A stretch of DNA of 64,000 bases from an uncultured Deferribacteres bacterium (GCA_964464595.1 CAYXGW010000003.1:20964-84963), one strand, 5' to 3'; shown: positions 1 to 10,364, counted from the stretch's first letter. Notes: generated by a model from the letters alone, not told the origin. Translations and numbers: made by a program.

Positions 1-33
1 TGTCATGATCAACCTTTTCTTTAAATTCAAGTG

Positions 34-729
34 TCAATGCATTAAAACCCATAATATAATGTTGGTTCCCATTTTCAGAGCAGCCTCACGAATTTGTGGA
101 GGATCTTTATGGACTGCGGGATCTACCCAACCATCCGAAATGTTAGTGTTTACAGTATAATATACAACCATTTGTCCATCATAAAAAAGCCCGTATGCTC
201 TGGGTGGACCGCCATCATGTTCATGAATTTTGGGCGGACCATTAGTAAATTCAAAATGGGTTCTGTAGATTTCATGGTTAAACGGCAACTCAACAAATTC
301 ATAATCCGGGAAAACCTTTTTCATCTCCGTACGAAAGAATTTGTCCATGCCGTAATCATCATCGGCATATAAGAATCCACCATGTGTAAGATATTCCCGC
401 AACCTTCTTACTTCAACTTCAGTTAACCGAATCCTTCCGTGGCCGGTTATAAAAAGAATAGGAAAAGAAAAGAGTTTTTCATCTGACAATGAAATTTTTA
501 CCTCATCATTCCGGACAAAAATTCCGGTCTCTTTTTCTATATAAGACAATAAATTGGGTACTGCAGACGGATCATTATACCAATCACCACCGCCGCTGTA
601 TTTGAGTCTGGCTATAGTTAATCTACCCTCGTTAATGTTCTGCGCAAAGCTTAATTCTGTAATAACAGTTAGAATTAAAGTTAATATTAAAATGGTTCTA
701 AGATATTGTGAATTAAATAGCTTATACAT
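34..729 (-). CDS. Secreted DUF4159-like protein of unknown function (N-terminal signal peptide)
   Basis: 231-aa ORF. Hydrophobic N-terminus ILILTLILTVITELSFAQ. Central motif GHGRIRLTEVEVRRLREYLTHGGFLYADDDYG recalled as typical of the DUF4159 family. No catalytic motif recognised. Confidence 0.5.
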   Translation of the reverse strand: MYKLFNSQYLRTILILTLILTVITELSFAQNINEGRLTIARLKYSGGGDWYNDPSAVPNLLSYIEKETGIFVRNDEVKISLSDEKLFSFPILFITGHGRIRLTEVEVRRLREYLTHGGFLYADDDYGMDKFFRTEMKKVFPDYEFVELPFNHEIYRTHFEFTNGPPKIHEHDGGPPRAYGLFYDGQMVVYYTVNTNISDGWVDPAVHKDPPQIREAALKMGTNIILWVLMH

Positions 730-750
730 TTTATTTCTTCAAAAATATAA

Positions 751-1251
751 CTAAAAAACTTTGTATCCAATCATCACAATCATTACAATTGCAACAATGA
801 ATTTCAGGAATCTTCCTGTTATCGCGCCAAGGAATGCACCCCAGCCAGCTTTCTTCGCTTTATCAGCATCCTTAAAACGAAAATATTCAAAAAGGAACGC
901 ACCCAGGAAAACTCCAACAAAAGCACCAAAAATAGTGCCAAGTATTGGAGAAATCGCTGTTCCCCAAATTGCGCCAAAAATTCCGCCGATTATAGAACCC
1001 CAAATTCCCCATGCTGAAGAACCATATTTTTTGGCAGCTGCTGCACCCAAAAAAAACTCTAATAATTCTACAACAATGGATATGCCAAGGAGTAACCCGA
1101 GAAATTGCCCTGTGATTTCACTAAACTGGGTTACCAGTCCTAATATCAACGCGCTTGCAACGATTATGAACGTTCCGGCAAATCCAAGTGGGATAACAAT
1201 CAAACCGATCAACAATCCCAACACAAAAAATATCCAACCAATAATTTCCAT
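751..1251 (-). CDS. Small Gly-rich integral membrane protein, DUF456-like
   Basis: 166 aa, about 4 predicted TM segments rich in G/A/I (GWGAFLGAITG, GSIIGGIFGAIWG), resembles the DUF456 family. Function unknown. Confidence 0.4.
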   Translation of the reverse strand: MEIIGWIFFVLGLLIGLIVIPLGFAGTFIIVASALILGLVTQFSEITGQFLGLLLGISIVVELLEFFLGAAAAKKYGSSAWGIWGSIIGGIFGAIWGTAISPILGTIFGAFVGVFLGAFLFEYFRFKDADKAKKAGWGAFLGAITGRFLKFIVAIVMIVMIGYKVF

Positions 1252-1335
1252 TTATCGCTTTTTGATTTTTGAATTAAATTAGATTTTATACTTTTAGTAA
1301 ATTGCCTCTTTTTCCTAAAACACGCAACAGATATT

Positions 1336-1380
1336 CACTTTTAAAAACGAAAAAGGCTCCCATGTGTCAGAGGAAGCCTT
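1336..1380 (-). terminator. Rho-independent terminator downstream of the SurA-like/mfd gene string (minus strand)
   Basis: Hairpin AAGGCTCC(1353-1360)/GGAAGCCTT(1372-1380). Read on the minus strand it is followed by TTTTTCGTTTTTAAAAG (complement of 1338-1352). Lies just past the stop of ORF 1425..2714. Confidence 0.55.
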
Positions 1381-1424
1381 GTGAATACAATAGTCACTTA
1401 ATTTATCTAATAAGAAATCATTTT

Positions 1425-2714
1425 CTAATTTACCCGCTCTTTAAGTTCTATATAAATTTGGGTTTTTAAATCTTCTACCCATTCTTGCATTTTTTTACTG
1501 CGTTTCTGGTTAAGTGCAAATTGCTCTAGTTGCTGCCAATCATCTTCTAAATTTAATCTACCGCCCTCACGTTTTTCATTTAAACGAATGATAAAATATC
1601 CAAATTCAGTCAAAAAAGGTTGGCTTACTCCTCCAATTTCAAGGCCATCTAGCGCTTTTTTGAATTCCGGTATTTGTAAGCCTTCAACCTCAAACCATCC
1701 AAGGTCGCCGCCATTATCTTTAGAAGTTGCATCATGGGAATGTTTCTTGGCCATTTTAATGAAATCGTCTTCTGTTTGAATACTATCCAAGATCGCAGTT
1801 AGAAATTCTCTCGTCTTCCCGGCGTCACTACTGCCCGCTTTTAATTGAATGAGTATATGGCGAACATTGATCCTCTCTCCTCTTTTCTCAATCAGCTTAA
1901 TAATATGAAATCCAAATTTTGTTTCAATTATATCTGAAATATCTCCAGGTTTTAACTTAAAGGCCGCTTCTTCAAATTCATGAACAAAGTCTCCTCGTTG
2001 AATCAACCCTAATTCTCCCCCGGCAGAAACCGAACCCGGGTCATCCGAATACTGCTTAGCCAGTGTAGTAAAATCTTCCCCGTTTACAATTCTTCTACGT
2101 ATATCTGAGATTTTGTTAAAGGCATCTTCTTTGCCCTTGCCACCTGCGCGAACTTCTCGCAGCAGTACTCGAATATGCACCATTTCTTGTATGTCCGGCA
2201 AACTGTCTTGCATTGTTCTAAAAAAAATCTCAACATCCTGTCTTGTTATTGTGATTTTTTGAGCAAACATTTGCTGCGTCCTTTCAACCATGAGGCGATT
2301 CTTAACATCCTCCTGGAATTGCCTTTTGATTTTTCCAATTGGCATATCAAAATATTCTTCTACCTTTGATTCTGAACCCAGTTGTTGGGTCCATTGTTGA
2401 ATCTGGTTGCTTAGGACTTCATCCACTTGCTGGTCTTCAACAATAACCGTGTCTTCTTTCGCTTTGGTTAATAATACCTTCTGTGTTATCAAATTTTCCA
2501 AAGTCCTTTTTCTAAGTTCATCAAACTTTTCTGTTTCTTTTTGAATGTCAATTTTTAATTGTAAGGCCAATTGAATGGTAAATTGGGTAAGTTCCGAATG
2601 CAGAATAATTTCATCGCCGACAATCGCTGCAATTCCATCTAAAAGTTTGTCCTGGGCGATTGAATGGTTTACGAAAAACGAAAACAAACATACAAATAGG
2701 GTAATACGTTTCAT
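1425..2714 (-). CDS. surA: Periplasmic chaperone and peptidyl-prolyl isomerase SurA-like (two parvulin domains)
   Basis: 429 aa with signal peptide MKRITLFVCLFSFFVNHSIAQ. Two PpiC-type parvulin domains (GGELGLIQRGDFVHEFEEAAFKLKPGDISDIIETKFGFHIIKL; GGDLGWFEVEGLQIPEFKKALDGLEIGGVSQPFLTEFGYFIIRL). N-terminal SurA-like chaperone region. Confidence 0.75.
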   Translation of the reverse strand: MKRITLFVCLFSFFVNHSIAQDKLLDGIAAIVGDEIILHSELTQFTIQLALQLKIDIQKETEKFDELRKRTLENLITQKVLLTKAKEDTVIVEDQQVDEVLSNQIQQWTQQLGSESKVEEYFDMPIGKIKRQFQEDVKNRLMVERTQQMFAQKITITRQDVEIFFRTMQDSLPDIQEMVHIRVLLREVRAGGKGKEDAFNKISDIRRRIVNGEDFTTLAKQYSDDPGSVSAGGELGLIQRGDFVHEFEEAAFKLKPGDISDIIETKFGFHIIKLIEKRGERINVRHILIQLKAGSSDAGKTREFLTAILDSIQTEDDFIKMAKKHSHDATSKDNGGDLGWFEVEGLQIPEFKKALDGLEIGGVSQPFLTEFGYFIIRLNEKREGGRLNLEDDWQQLEQFALNQKRSKKMQEWVEDLKTQIYIELKERVN

Positions 2715-3604
2715 AAAGATCCTTCAAGCTTTTTTATGGTTGTATCTGGTGCAATTTCTTTATCTAGTGTTGCCAGATTTAATTCAATTTTCTTGTTACT
2801 CTTAAGCGAAACCATTAGTTCCTTAAATCTTTCACGATACCTTTTTTCACGCAACCGCTGAATGATTTGATTTTTAACAAGTTCAATATCACGGAAACTA
2901 CCCGCCTTGTGTTTCTCAACCAATTGATACAAAATATGCCCCCCCTCTCCTGCAACTGGTCCAATAAAACTCCCGGTTTGTTGGCGAGCAATGTTTCTTT
3001 GTAGGGAAAAAATTACATTTTCAATTGGAATATAACCGCTGTCCCATTGATTATTGAAAATGTTTTCCGGATAGTTTTTCTGGATAACACTTTCAATCGT
3101 TTCTCCATTGTTTAGTGCAGCTTTAACCGTCTGTCCTGTCTGTCTGTCTTTACAAATCAAATAGTAATATCTAAATTCTGCATAATCTCTTTGAAAACCA
3201 GCTTGATTTTCTTGATAGTATTTAGCTATATCTTGTTCTGTAATTGCCTGTAAATTCGATATCTTGTCTTCGATATAGTAACTGATTACCAAGTCTCGCT
3301 TCAATTTTTGTAATTCATCCTGAATAAAGGGACGTTTATCAATTCCTTCAGATAGAGCTGATTGGTAAATTACTTCATTATCAATCCAGCGATAAACATA
3401 AGATTGCAAATAATCTGTGCTTATCAATTCTGAACTATTATTTCCCAGTTGATTCTTTATCTCTTTAAGTGTCAATGGCGTGTTTCCAACTTGAGCGACC
3501 GTCGGGCTTGTGTCGACAGGTTTTGTGCATTTCAAAAACAACAGACTCATTGAAATTACAAGTATTGATTTGAACTTATTAATAATACTATTATTCATTT
3601 TCAT
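2711..3604 (-). CDS. SurA/PpiD-like secreted protein with a degenerate parvulin-like domain
   Basis: 297 aa, signal peptide. C-terminal region GYIPIENVIFSLQRNIARQQTGSFIGPVAGEGGHILYQLVEKH resembles a parvulin fold but lacks the GG-LG motif. Overlaps the stop of the upstream paralog by 4 nt (coupled). Confidence 0.5.
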   Translation of the reverse strand: MKMNNSIINKFKSILVISMSLLFLKCTKPVDTSPTVAQVGNTPLTLKEIKNQLGNNSSELISTDYLQSYVYRWIDNEVIYQSALSEGIDKRPFIQDELQKLKRDLVISYYIEDKISNLQAITEQDIAKYYQENQAGFQRDYAEFRYYYLICKDRQTGQTVKAALNNGETIESVIQKNYPENIFNNQWDSGYIPIENVIFSLQRNIARQQTGSFIGPVAGEGGHILYQLVEKHKAGSFRDIELVKNQIIQRLREKRYRERFKELMVSLKSNKKIELNLATLDKEIAPDTTIKKLEGSL

Positions 3605-3612
3605 CTTTGTAC

Positions 3613-5385
3613 TTAATAATTCTGTGTTAGCGCACGTTCCAGTACTTTTTCATAGACACGTACACGAACGATATCATGTATCTTTTTTTCCCATTTTTCC
3701 TGGTTTATTTTTCGTAAATCTCTTACCACATCAGAACGCACCTTTGTTTTTATTTGTGAAAATGGTTGCATTTGTTCTTTTTCGTTGCTTAAAACCCTAA
3801 AAATTGAGTATCCATTATCCAATTTTAGCGGACCCGCAATTTTCCCCAGGCTTAATCCTATGGCCATTTTACCCAATTCTCCAAAACTATTTTCAGTAAG
3901 ATAACCAAGATTGCCTTTTTTGTTTTTAGACCTGGCCCTGGTATTATATTTTCCTGCCAATACGTCAAAATTATTTCCAGCCATTGCCAGTTGATAAATC
4001 ATTTGAGCTTCGGTAGAATCCTTAACAAAAATTTCTTGAACTTCCGCTTTTGCGGGAATTTTATATTTTTCCGGCTGATTATTGTAAAATTCTTCCGCCA
4101 TTTCATCCGTAATCGTTTGAATTTTATTAATATAATTATTCTGTAAATGTCTGGTTATAATTTGAGAAACCTGGCGATCCAATTGTCTTCGGTAATTTGG
4201 CATATCAAGGTAGCCACGACTGGTACCAATCTCCGAAGTTAAATCATATCTTATGTTGTCCTGTAAATATTTTGTCACCATTTCGACGGTACGTATCTCC
4301 CGGGGTCTTGGAGCACGTTGCTGTTTGTACATCAATTCAAAAAAATCGATCATTGTTTTTGTTTCGTTATCATATTGAGCAAGTGGAAGTAAACGCAATT
4401 CGTATGACACCCATGAATAATCCGGAGTTTCCACTCCATAGTTTTCCAGCAATAACGAATCATTGGGTGATGTTGAAATAAAAGTGAGCAATTTTTGAAT
4501 GTTATCATCAAAAAAAATAACATTATGTTTCCTGTCCAATTCTTGATTGAACTTTTCGAATTCCTCCATTACGCTTTTTCTTTTTCGATTAAACAGATTT
4601 CGCACAATAGCAGTTCTTTCAATCTCATATGGTTTTTGCAAAACCTGCCGCTTTTCGGTAACCTGAATAACATGAATACCCTTGGAAGTAATAATTGGTT
4701 TGGGATAGATTTGATATTTCCCGGATTTTAGCACTGCGGTCATAAATTCATTGTCCATGTAACCCCATTTCAAAAAACCGAGATCTCCCCCCTTTTTCGA
4801 AGTAAATTCATCCTTTGAATAGTTTCCGGCAAGTTCAGTAAAATCGCTACCTGATCGTAGCTGCCGTATAATTCCAGCTGCTTTTTGGATAACTTTTGTG
4901 AGAGAGTCAGAATCATCCTTTGGGGGTAGATCTAAAAGAATATGTCGAACCCTTACTTCTTTATCAGAGTAATCATAAAATTCCAGAATCTCTTTTTCTT
5001 TTATGATTTTGAACATAACAAACTGCTCCAATGCAGCTACGTATGCCGCCTGCAATCTCGCTTGCTCGACCCGATCTTTCACTTCCGGGAGTTTATCTAT
5101 ATCCATTTGTTTGGCAAACATTAGTTTCATTTTTCTATTGATCATTTTATTAAGAAACTTTTGCTTGTCATCTTGTGAAGCATTTTGAAGAGTTCGAATT
5201 GAATTTGCCTCCAGATATTCTCTTTCAAATTGATCAAGACTTATCAAAATATTCCCAGCCCTGGCTACAATTTGTGTTTTTTTCGAATTGCATCCGGAAA
5301 ACATTCCGATGAACACACTTAAAATGACCAACAATTTCCAATTCTTTTTCATACGACGATTGTATACAAAATTCCAATTATACAT
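3613..5385 (-). CDS. PpiC-type peptidyl-prolyl cis-trans isomerase, putative lipoprotein, two parvulin domains (PpiD/SurA-like)
   Basis: 590 aa. Candidate lipobox FSGC after MKKNWKLLVILSVFIGM (true start may be the internal Met). Parvulin motifs KKGGDLGFLKWGYMDNEFMTAVLKSG...GIHVIQV and KKGNLGYLTENSFGELGKMAIGLSLGKIAGPLKLDNGYSIFRV. Confidence 0.7.
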   Translation of the reverse strand: MYNWNFVYNRRMKKNWKLLVILSVFIGMFSGCNSKKTQIVARAGNILISLDQFEREYLEANSIRTLQNASQDDKQKFLNKMINRKMKLMFAKQMDIDKLPEVKDRVEQARLQAAYVAALEQFVMFKIIKEKEILEFYDYSDKEVRVRHILLDLPPKDDSDSLTKVIQKAAGIIRQLRSGSDFTELAGNYSKDEFTSKKGGDLGFLKWGYMDNEFMTAVLKSGKYQIYPKPIITSKGIHVIQVTEKRQVLQKPYEIERTAIVRNLFNRKRKSVMEEFEKFNQELDRKHNVIFFDDNIQKLLTFISTSPNDSLLLENYGVETPDYSWVSYELRLLPLAQYDNETKTMIDFFELMYKQQRAPRPREIRTVEMVTKYLQDNIRYDLTSEIGTSRGYLDMPNYRRQLDRQVSQIITRHLQNNYINKIQTITDEMAEEFYNNQPEKYKIPAKAEVQEIFVKDSTEAQMIYQLAMAGNNFDVLAGKYNTRARSKNKKGNLGYLTENSFGELGKMAIGLSLGKIAGPLKLDNGYSIFRVLSNEKEQMQPFSQIKTKVRSDVVRDLRKINQEKWEKKIHDIVRVRVYEKVLERALTQNY

Positions 5386-5388
5386 AAA

Positions 5389-8300
5389 TCATCCTGCCTG
5401 TTGTTCCAACTTATTAAAAAATTCTTTCGTATAATTTAGTGACGTTTCGTCTGTGCTTCTTAATTGAAATTTAAAACCAAATTTCTTCCCATGCAAAAAT
5501 TGTAGCTTTTCCGGTGAAGATTTCTGAATTAGAGAAAGAATCTGTTGAAGTGATTTTTGCTTTATATTAGTGTAGTAACTAACTGAAAAATAAGCAGTTA
5601 GGGTGTGATTTCTAATTTTAAACTTATCGATTCCCAGCGATGCGCAGAGTTGTCTTAGCCTGGTTATCTCAAGAAGAGTACGGACAGTTTTAGGCAATTG
5701 ACCAAAACGATCCCTTAGTTCTTCATCCAATTCAAATAAATCCTCTTTTGATTTGGATAAGTTTAATCGTTGATAGATATTTATTCTTTCAAAATCAATT
5801 GAGATATAATCATCAGGAATATAAGCGTCAAAATCAACATCAATAACAATATCTTTTAAAAGTCCGTTTTCTGCAATTTCTATCTTTTCATCCTTTAGAT
5901 TCGAAATTGACTCTTCGAGTAATTTACAATAAAGATCAAATCCGATCACATTTATAAACCCGCTTTGGTCTGAACCCAACAGGTTACCCGCGCCTCGGAT
6001 TTCCAAATCTTTCATAGCAATTTGCAAGCCGGCTCCCAGCTCAAAATGTTCTTCAATAATCTGGAGCCGTTTGAGTGCATTCGCTGTAAGGTACTTAATT
6101 GGAGGAACTAAAAAGTAGGCAAATGCCTGCCGGTTGGACCTGCCTACTCTTCCTTTAATTTGGTAGAGCTGCGCCAAACCAAGTTTGTCGGCTCGATTTA
6201 CAATCAAAGTATTCACATTCGGCAAATCCAGTCCTGATTCAATTATCATGGTACAAATGAGGCAATCATATTTTTTTTCGACAAACTCTGTCATCACGTT
6301 CTCAAGTTCATGAGGAGACATTTGCCCATGAGCGACGCCTACTCTTATTTCCGGGACTAATTTTAAAACAAGGTTTTCCATTGAATGTATCGACCGCACA
6401 GCATTGTGAACCAGGAAGACTTGTCCGCCGCGATAAATTTCCTCCAAAATAGCATCCTTAATAATTTTTTTATCAAATGGCGAAACCTGAGAAATCACAG
6501 GCAACCTTTCATTGGGTGGCGTATTAATAACAGACATGTCGCGGCTACCCACCATAGAAAAATACAAAGTTCGTGGGATTGGGGTTGCGGACAATGATAA
6601 AACATCCACAAGCTTATGTATTGATTTTAACTTTTCCTTTTGCTTAACACCAAATCGATGTTCTTCGTCGATGATAAATAGCCCTAGATTCTTAAATTCG
6701 ACGTCTTTTGAGAGAAGACGATGCGTTCCGATAACAATATCTAATTTACCGGATTTTAATTTTTCTATTTCTTTTTTCTGTTCTTTGGTCGTTTTAAACC
6801 TGGATAGCAAACCAACTTCTACAGGATATCGAGAAAGCCGCTCGTAAAAAGTACTATAATGTTGTTGAGCAAGCACTGTTGTCGGTACCAGAATGGCAAC
6901 CTGTTTTCCATCCAAAACCGCTTTAAACGCTGCTCGCAATGCAACTTCGGTTTTACCAAACCCAACATCCCCACAGATCAATCGATCCATGGGAGCTCCG
7001 GATTCCATATCTTTTTTAACTTCTTCTATTGTGCTTAGTTGATCTGGTGTTTCATCATATAAAAATGATGCTTCCAATTCCTTCTGCCATAACGAATCAG
7101 TAGAAAAAGCAAACCCCTCTTTCGCTTTTCGGGTTGCATACAATTGAAGCAAATCCTTTGCCATTTTTTCAACCGCTTTTCGTGTCCTCTCTTTTACCTT
7201 TTCCCAATCCTTGCCGCCTAACTGGTTCAATTGAGGCACCATTCCTTCCGCCCCGGAATATTTACTGATCCTCCATAATTGATCAATGTGAACAAATAGT
7301 AAATCGCCATCTCGATAACGAATTTTCAAACATTCCCTTTCCGCATTAGCCACCGTTATTTTTTGCAGTCCGGCATATCTGCCAATCCCATGATCAACAT
7401 GAACGACTAAATCAGACGGAGATAATGTGTTCAACTTCGAGATCGGCGTCCCACCCCGATATTTGCCCCAGTTTCGCTTGCGTGGTATACGACCAAATAA
7501 ATCTTTTTCCGTTATAACAAATACACCTTCGTTTGCATATTGAAATCCGCTATGAAGAACCGCCTGGCCAATGTGAATGTATTGTTCCAATTCTTGAAGA
7601 AGGTCGTGCATGCGTTCTACTTCAAATTTTTCTTCCAGCAATAGAAAAACATCTGCCGATTTTCCGTCACAAAATTTGTCAATATCTTTTCGCAATTCCC
7701 GAATATTGCCACGATAATCATTCATGCTGAGCATTCGAAAATGGATATCAACTTGGTTTTGTGAGCCAAGATGAGGATGAAGAATTGACTTGAATTTTTC
7801 AAATTTCACTTGCATTTTTTGCCATTGTTTGTTGATTTCTTCTGCCTGCCATTCTTGAATACTCTCATCCCTATCCATCGGCTTTTTCAACTCCATGAAT
7901 TCCCGTTCAAATAATTCAGGTTGATCTAAAAGTAAAATGGCTTTTTCAGGCAATAAATCCAAAAGATCATTTTGTGATTCAGCATATTGTCCATTATTCT
8001 TGCTGGGAGGTGGCAAAATCGAAAACCGTTGAATTTTCACTTTTGATCTTTGAGTAGTGACATCGAAAATTCGGATAGTGTCTACAACATCGCCAAAAAA
8101 TTCGATTCGAACAGGAGAAACAGATTCAAAAGCAAACACGTCAATCAATCCTCCCCTTACACTAAATTCGCCTACACTGCTAACTAGGTCGGTTCTTTCA
8201 TATCCGAATTCGACCAATTCCTCCATCAAAAACTCAAGTTCATATTCCTGACTGGTCTCTAAAACGATCCTTTGACTTTGCAAGCTGACAGATCCTGGAA

Positions 8301-8682
8301 TTTTTTCCGAAATCGCAGAAATTGTTGTCACAATCTTATTAGGGGCCCCGTCTAGAAGTTGGTTAATTGTGTTTAACTGAAGACCTATTTGTTCATGGGG
8401 AATGCTTATTCTTTGCTTACTTTTTTTTCTCGAAGGAAAATAAAGGATGTTTTCGCTTCCGGAAATTGAAGTTAAGTCGCCCCATATTTCTTCGGCTCGT
8501 TCGTGATCAGAAGTAATTATAACTATTTGATTAAGGCCTTCGGTAACCAAATAATCCGTGAAAAAAGAAACGGATGCTCCCTTTAAACCACCAATTATTG
8601 TTTTGTGGTTTCTGCTAATCACTTTAATGGCTTGATTAAACTGGGCTGAATTATATAAAGTTTTTTTAATTCTCCGGAACAA
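5389..8682 (-). CDS. mfd: Transcription-repair coupling factor Mfd
   Basis: 1097 aa. UvrB-homology N-terminus, RNAP-interaction domain, SF2 helicase motifs (GDVGFGKTEVALRAAFKAV Walker A, IIDEEHRFGV DEEH box), TRG motif region. Length typical for Mfd. Confidence 0.95.
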   Translation of the reverse strand: MFRRIKKTLYNSAQFNQAIKVISRNHKTIIGGLKGASVSFFTDYLVTEGLNQIVIITSDHERAEEIWGDLTSISGSENILYFPSRKKSKQRISIPHEQIGLQLNTINQLLDGAPNKIVTTISAISEKIPGSVSLQSQRIVLETSQEYELEFLMEELVEFGYERTDLVSSVGEFSVRGGLIDVFAFESVSPVRIEFFGDVVDTIRIFDVTTQRSKVKIQRFSILPPPSKNNGQYAESQNDLLDLLPEKAILLLDQPELFEREFMELKKPMDRDESIQEWQAEEINKQWQKMQVKFEKFKSILHPHLGSQNQVDIHFRMLSMNDYRGNIRELRKDIDKFCDGKSADVFLLLEEKFEVERMHDLLQELEQYIHIGQAVLHSGFQYANEGVFVITEKDLFGRIPRKRNWGKYRGGTPISKLNTLSPSDLVVHVDHGIGRYAGLQKITVANAERECLKIRYRDGDLLFVHIDQLWRISKYSGAEGMVPQLNQLGGKDWEKVKERTRKAVEKMAKDLLQLYATRKAKEGFAFSTDSLWQKELEASFLYDETPDQLSTIEEVKKDMESGAPMDRLICGDVGFGKTEVALRAAFKAVLDGKQVAILVPTTVLAQQHYSTFYERLSRYPVEVGLLSRFKTTKEQKKEIEKLKSGKLDIVIGTHRLLSKDVEFKNLGLFIIDEEHRFGVKQKEKLKSIHKLVDVLSLSATPIPRTLYFSMVGSRDMSVINTPPNERLPVISQVSPFDKKIIKDAILEEIYRGGQVFLVHNAVRSIHSMENLVLKLVPEIRVGVAHGQMSPHELENVMTEFVEKKYDCLICTMIIESGLDLPNVNTLIVNRADKLGLAQLYQIKGRVGRSNRQAFAYFLVPPIKYLTANALKRLQIIEEHFELGAGLQIAMKDLEIRGAGNLLGSDQSGFINVIGFDLYCKLLEESISNLKDEKIEIAENGLLKDIVIDVDFDAYIPDDYISIDFERINIYQRLNLSKSKEDLFELDEELRDRFGQLPKTVRTLLEITRLRQLCASLGIDKFKIRNHTLTAYFSVSYYTNIKQKSLQQILSLIQKSSPEKLQFLHGKKFGFKFQLRSTDETSLNYTKEFFNKLEQQAG

Positions 8683-8688
8683 GGCAGA

Positions 8689-9618
8689 TCAACCTTTTTG
8701 TTTTCCGACCAAATTGATTGCTTTTTTTACAAAGCCGTCTGATTGGGTTAGCCGTTTTTTCGCCTCGGCTTTTCCTGTTTCGGTTAACAACATCACAATT
8801 GCTGTTTTAACATGCCCATCCGCTTCATAAAGAATTTTTTCCGCCTCTTGGTAGCCAACTCCTGTTACAATCATGATGGTTCTTTTCGACCGTTCTTCCA
8901 GCTTTTTACTGTTCATTTGCAGGTCAACCATCATGTTTTCATAAACTTTCCCAATCTGTATCATTGATGTGGTTGTGATCATATTTAATACTAACTTTTG
9001 CGCTGTTCCCGCTTTCATCCGTGTAGAGCCCATTATCACTTCGGGCCCAACAACGGGGCAAATGGCAACGTCAACAGCAAGTTTAACCTCTTCCCTTTTA
9101 TTACAAGTTACAAAAATGGTCTTTGCGCCTATGCTTTTAGCATATTCAATTCCGGCAATAACGTATGGGGTTCGTTTGCTGGCTGAAATGCCACAAACAA
9201 CATCCTTCCCTCTCAAATTTTTTCTTTGGAGATCTACTTTTGCATCATCCTTTCGATCTTCCGATCCTTCTTGTGATTTCACCAATGCACTATAACCACC
9301 CGCAATAATTCCTTGCACCATTTCCGGCGGGGTGCCATAGGTGGGGGGGCATTCGGAGGCATCTAAAACACCAAGTCTACCACTTGTTCCCGCACCGATG
9401 TAAATTAACCTGCCGCCATTTTTAAAAGCATCGACAACAAGTTCCACCGCTTTTTTAATGTATGGAATTTCATTCTCAATAACGGCGAAGATGCCCTTGT
9501 CTTCAAAATTGATAATCCTTAAAATGTTTTCAATGGATTCTTCATCGATTTTCATCGATAGCGGATTTCTAGCTTCCGTTGTGAGTCCCGCCAACTCGTT
9601 GTAGACTTCGTTTTTCAC
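8689..9618 (-). CDS. murQ: N-acetylmuramic acid 6-phosphate etherase MurQ (SIS domain)
   Basis: 309 aa. SIS-domain motifs IYIGAGTSGRLGVLDASECPPTYG and GISASKRTPYV; length and motifs as in MurQ. Confidence 0.8.
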   Translation of the reverse strand: MKNEVYNELAGLTTEARNPLSMKIDEESIENILRIINFEDKGIFAVIENEIPYIKKAVELVVDAFKNGGRLIYIGAGTSGRLGVLDASECPPTYGTPPEMVQGIIAGGYSALVKSQEGSEDRKDDAKVDLQRKNLRGKDVVCGISASKRTPYVIAGIEYAKSIGAKTIFVTCNKREEVKLAVDVAICPVVGPEVIMGSTRMKAGTAQKLVLNMITTTSMIQIGKVYENMMVDLQMNSKKLEERSKRTIMIVTGVGYQEAEKILYEADGHVKTAIVMLLTETGKAEAKKRLTQSDGFVKKAINLVGKQKG

Positions 9619-9621
9619 ACT

Positions 9622-10344
9622 TTAAACCTTGCTTACTTTTTGAATAATAATTATCCTGCGTTCTTGCTTTTCGGGTTTGTCCATCAAATTAATAGGCGTT
9701 TCGTATTTAAAAATTTTATTTGAAAAAGGAATCTTTGTTAAATGATCTCTTTTCAGATCTGTCATTTCCTGTTCTAATTGATCACCTTTAAAAGTAATGA
9801 GCTTACCTTTATTTTGAAGCAATTCATTCACCCATTTAAAAAGCTTAGTTAATGATGCGACGGCTCTTGCTAAAACTAAAGGATAGCGTTCCTTATGATA
9901 ATTTTGAACGTTAAGTTCTTCTATACGATTTGGAAAAATCGTAATATTTAGTCCCAATTCTTGGGATACCTCTTTCAAAAAAATTGCCTTTTTCTTCTTG
10001 GATTCAACCAAAACAAGCTCAACATACGGAAACAAAATCGATATAGGAATACCAGGAAAACCTGCCCCGCTACCTAAATCCATAACCGGGGATTTTATCA
10101 TTTTTTCGACATTGATTGTCCAAGAAATGGATTCCAAGATATGTCGTTCAACCAATCTGTTTGAATCGTACTGCGAAAAAAGATTGATTTTTTGATTCCA
10201 CAAAAACAAGAGTTCTAAATAGGTTTTAAATTGATCTCTTTGTTTGGATGATAGATTAATATTTAAAAGCTCCGTTCCTCTGTCAAACGCCTCTAATTGG
10301 CTCTTTACAAGCAAAGACTCTTTCATTTGTTCCACGTGAAACAT
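9622..10344 (-). CDS. rsmG: 16S rRNA m7G527 methyltransferase RsmG (GidB)
   Basis: 240 aa. SAM-binding motif VMDLGSGAGFPGIPISILFP. Conserved position next to mnmG. Confidence 0.9.
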   Translation of the reverse strand: MFHVEQMKESLLVKSQLEAFDRGTELLNINLSSKQRDQFKTYLELLFLWNQKINLFSQYDSNRLVERHILESISWTINVEKMIKSPVMDLGSGAGFPGIPISILFPYVELVLVESKKKKAIFLKEVSQELGLNITIFPNRIEELNVQNYHKERYPLVLARAVASLTKLFKWVNELLQNKGKLITFKGDQLEQEMTDLKRDHLTKIPFSNKIFKYETPINLMDKPEKQERRIIIIQKVSKV

Positions 10345-10364
10345 ATTACAAAAAACAATGTCCG

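Noticed and set aside
94-1282. Plus-strand ORFs 94..372, 554..754 and 761..1282 overlapping the minus-strand DUF4159-like and DUF456-like genes
   Set aside because: Low-complexity translations (PRKTPTKAPKIVPSIGEIAVPQIAPKIPP... mirrors the Gly/Ala-rich membrane protein on the other strand). No start context or SD. Antisense artefacts of the real genes.
8683-8688. Possibility that murQ and mfd are fused or that murQ is a pseudogene because of the 6-nt spacing
   Set aside because: Both ORFs are full length with intact motifs and their own start and stop codons. Tight spacing simply indicates co-transcription.
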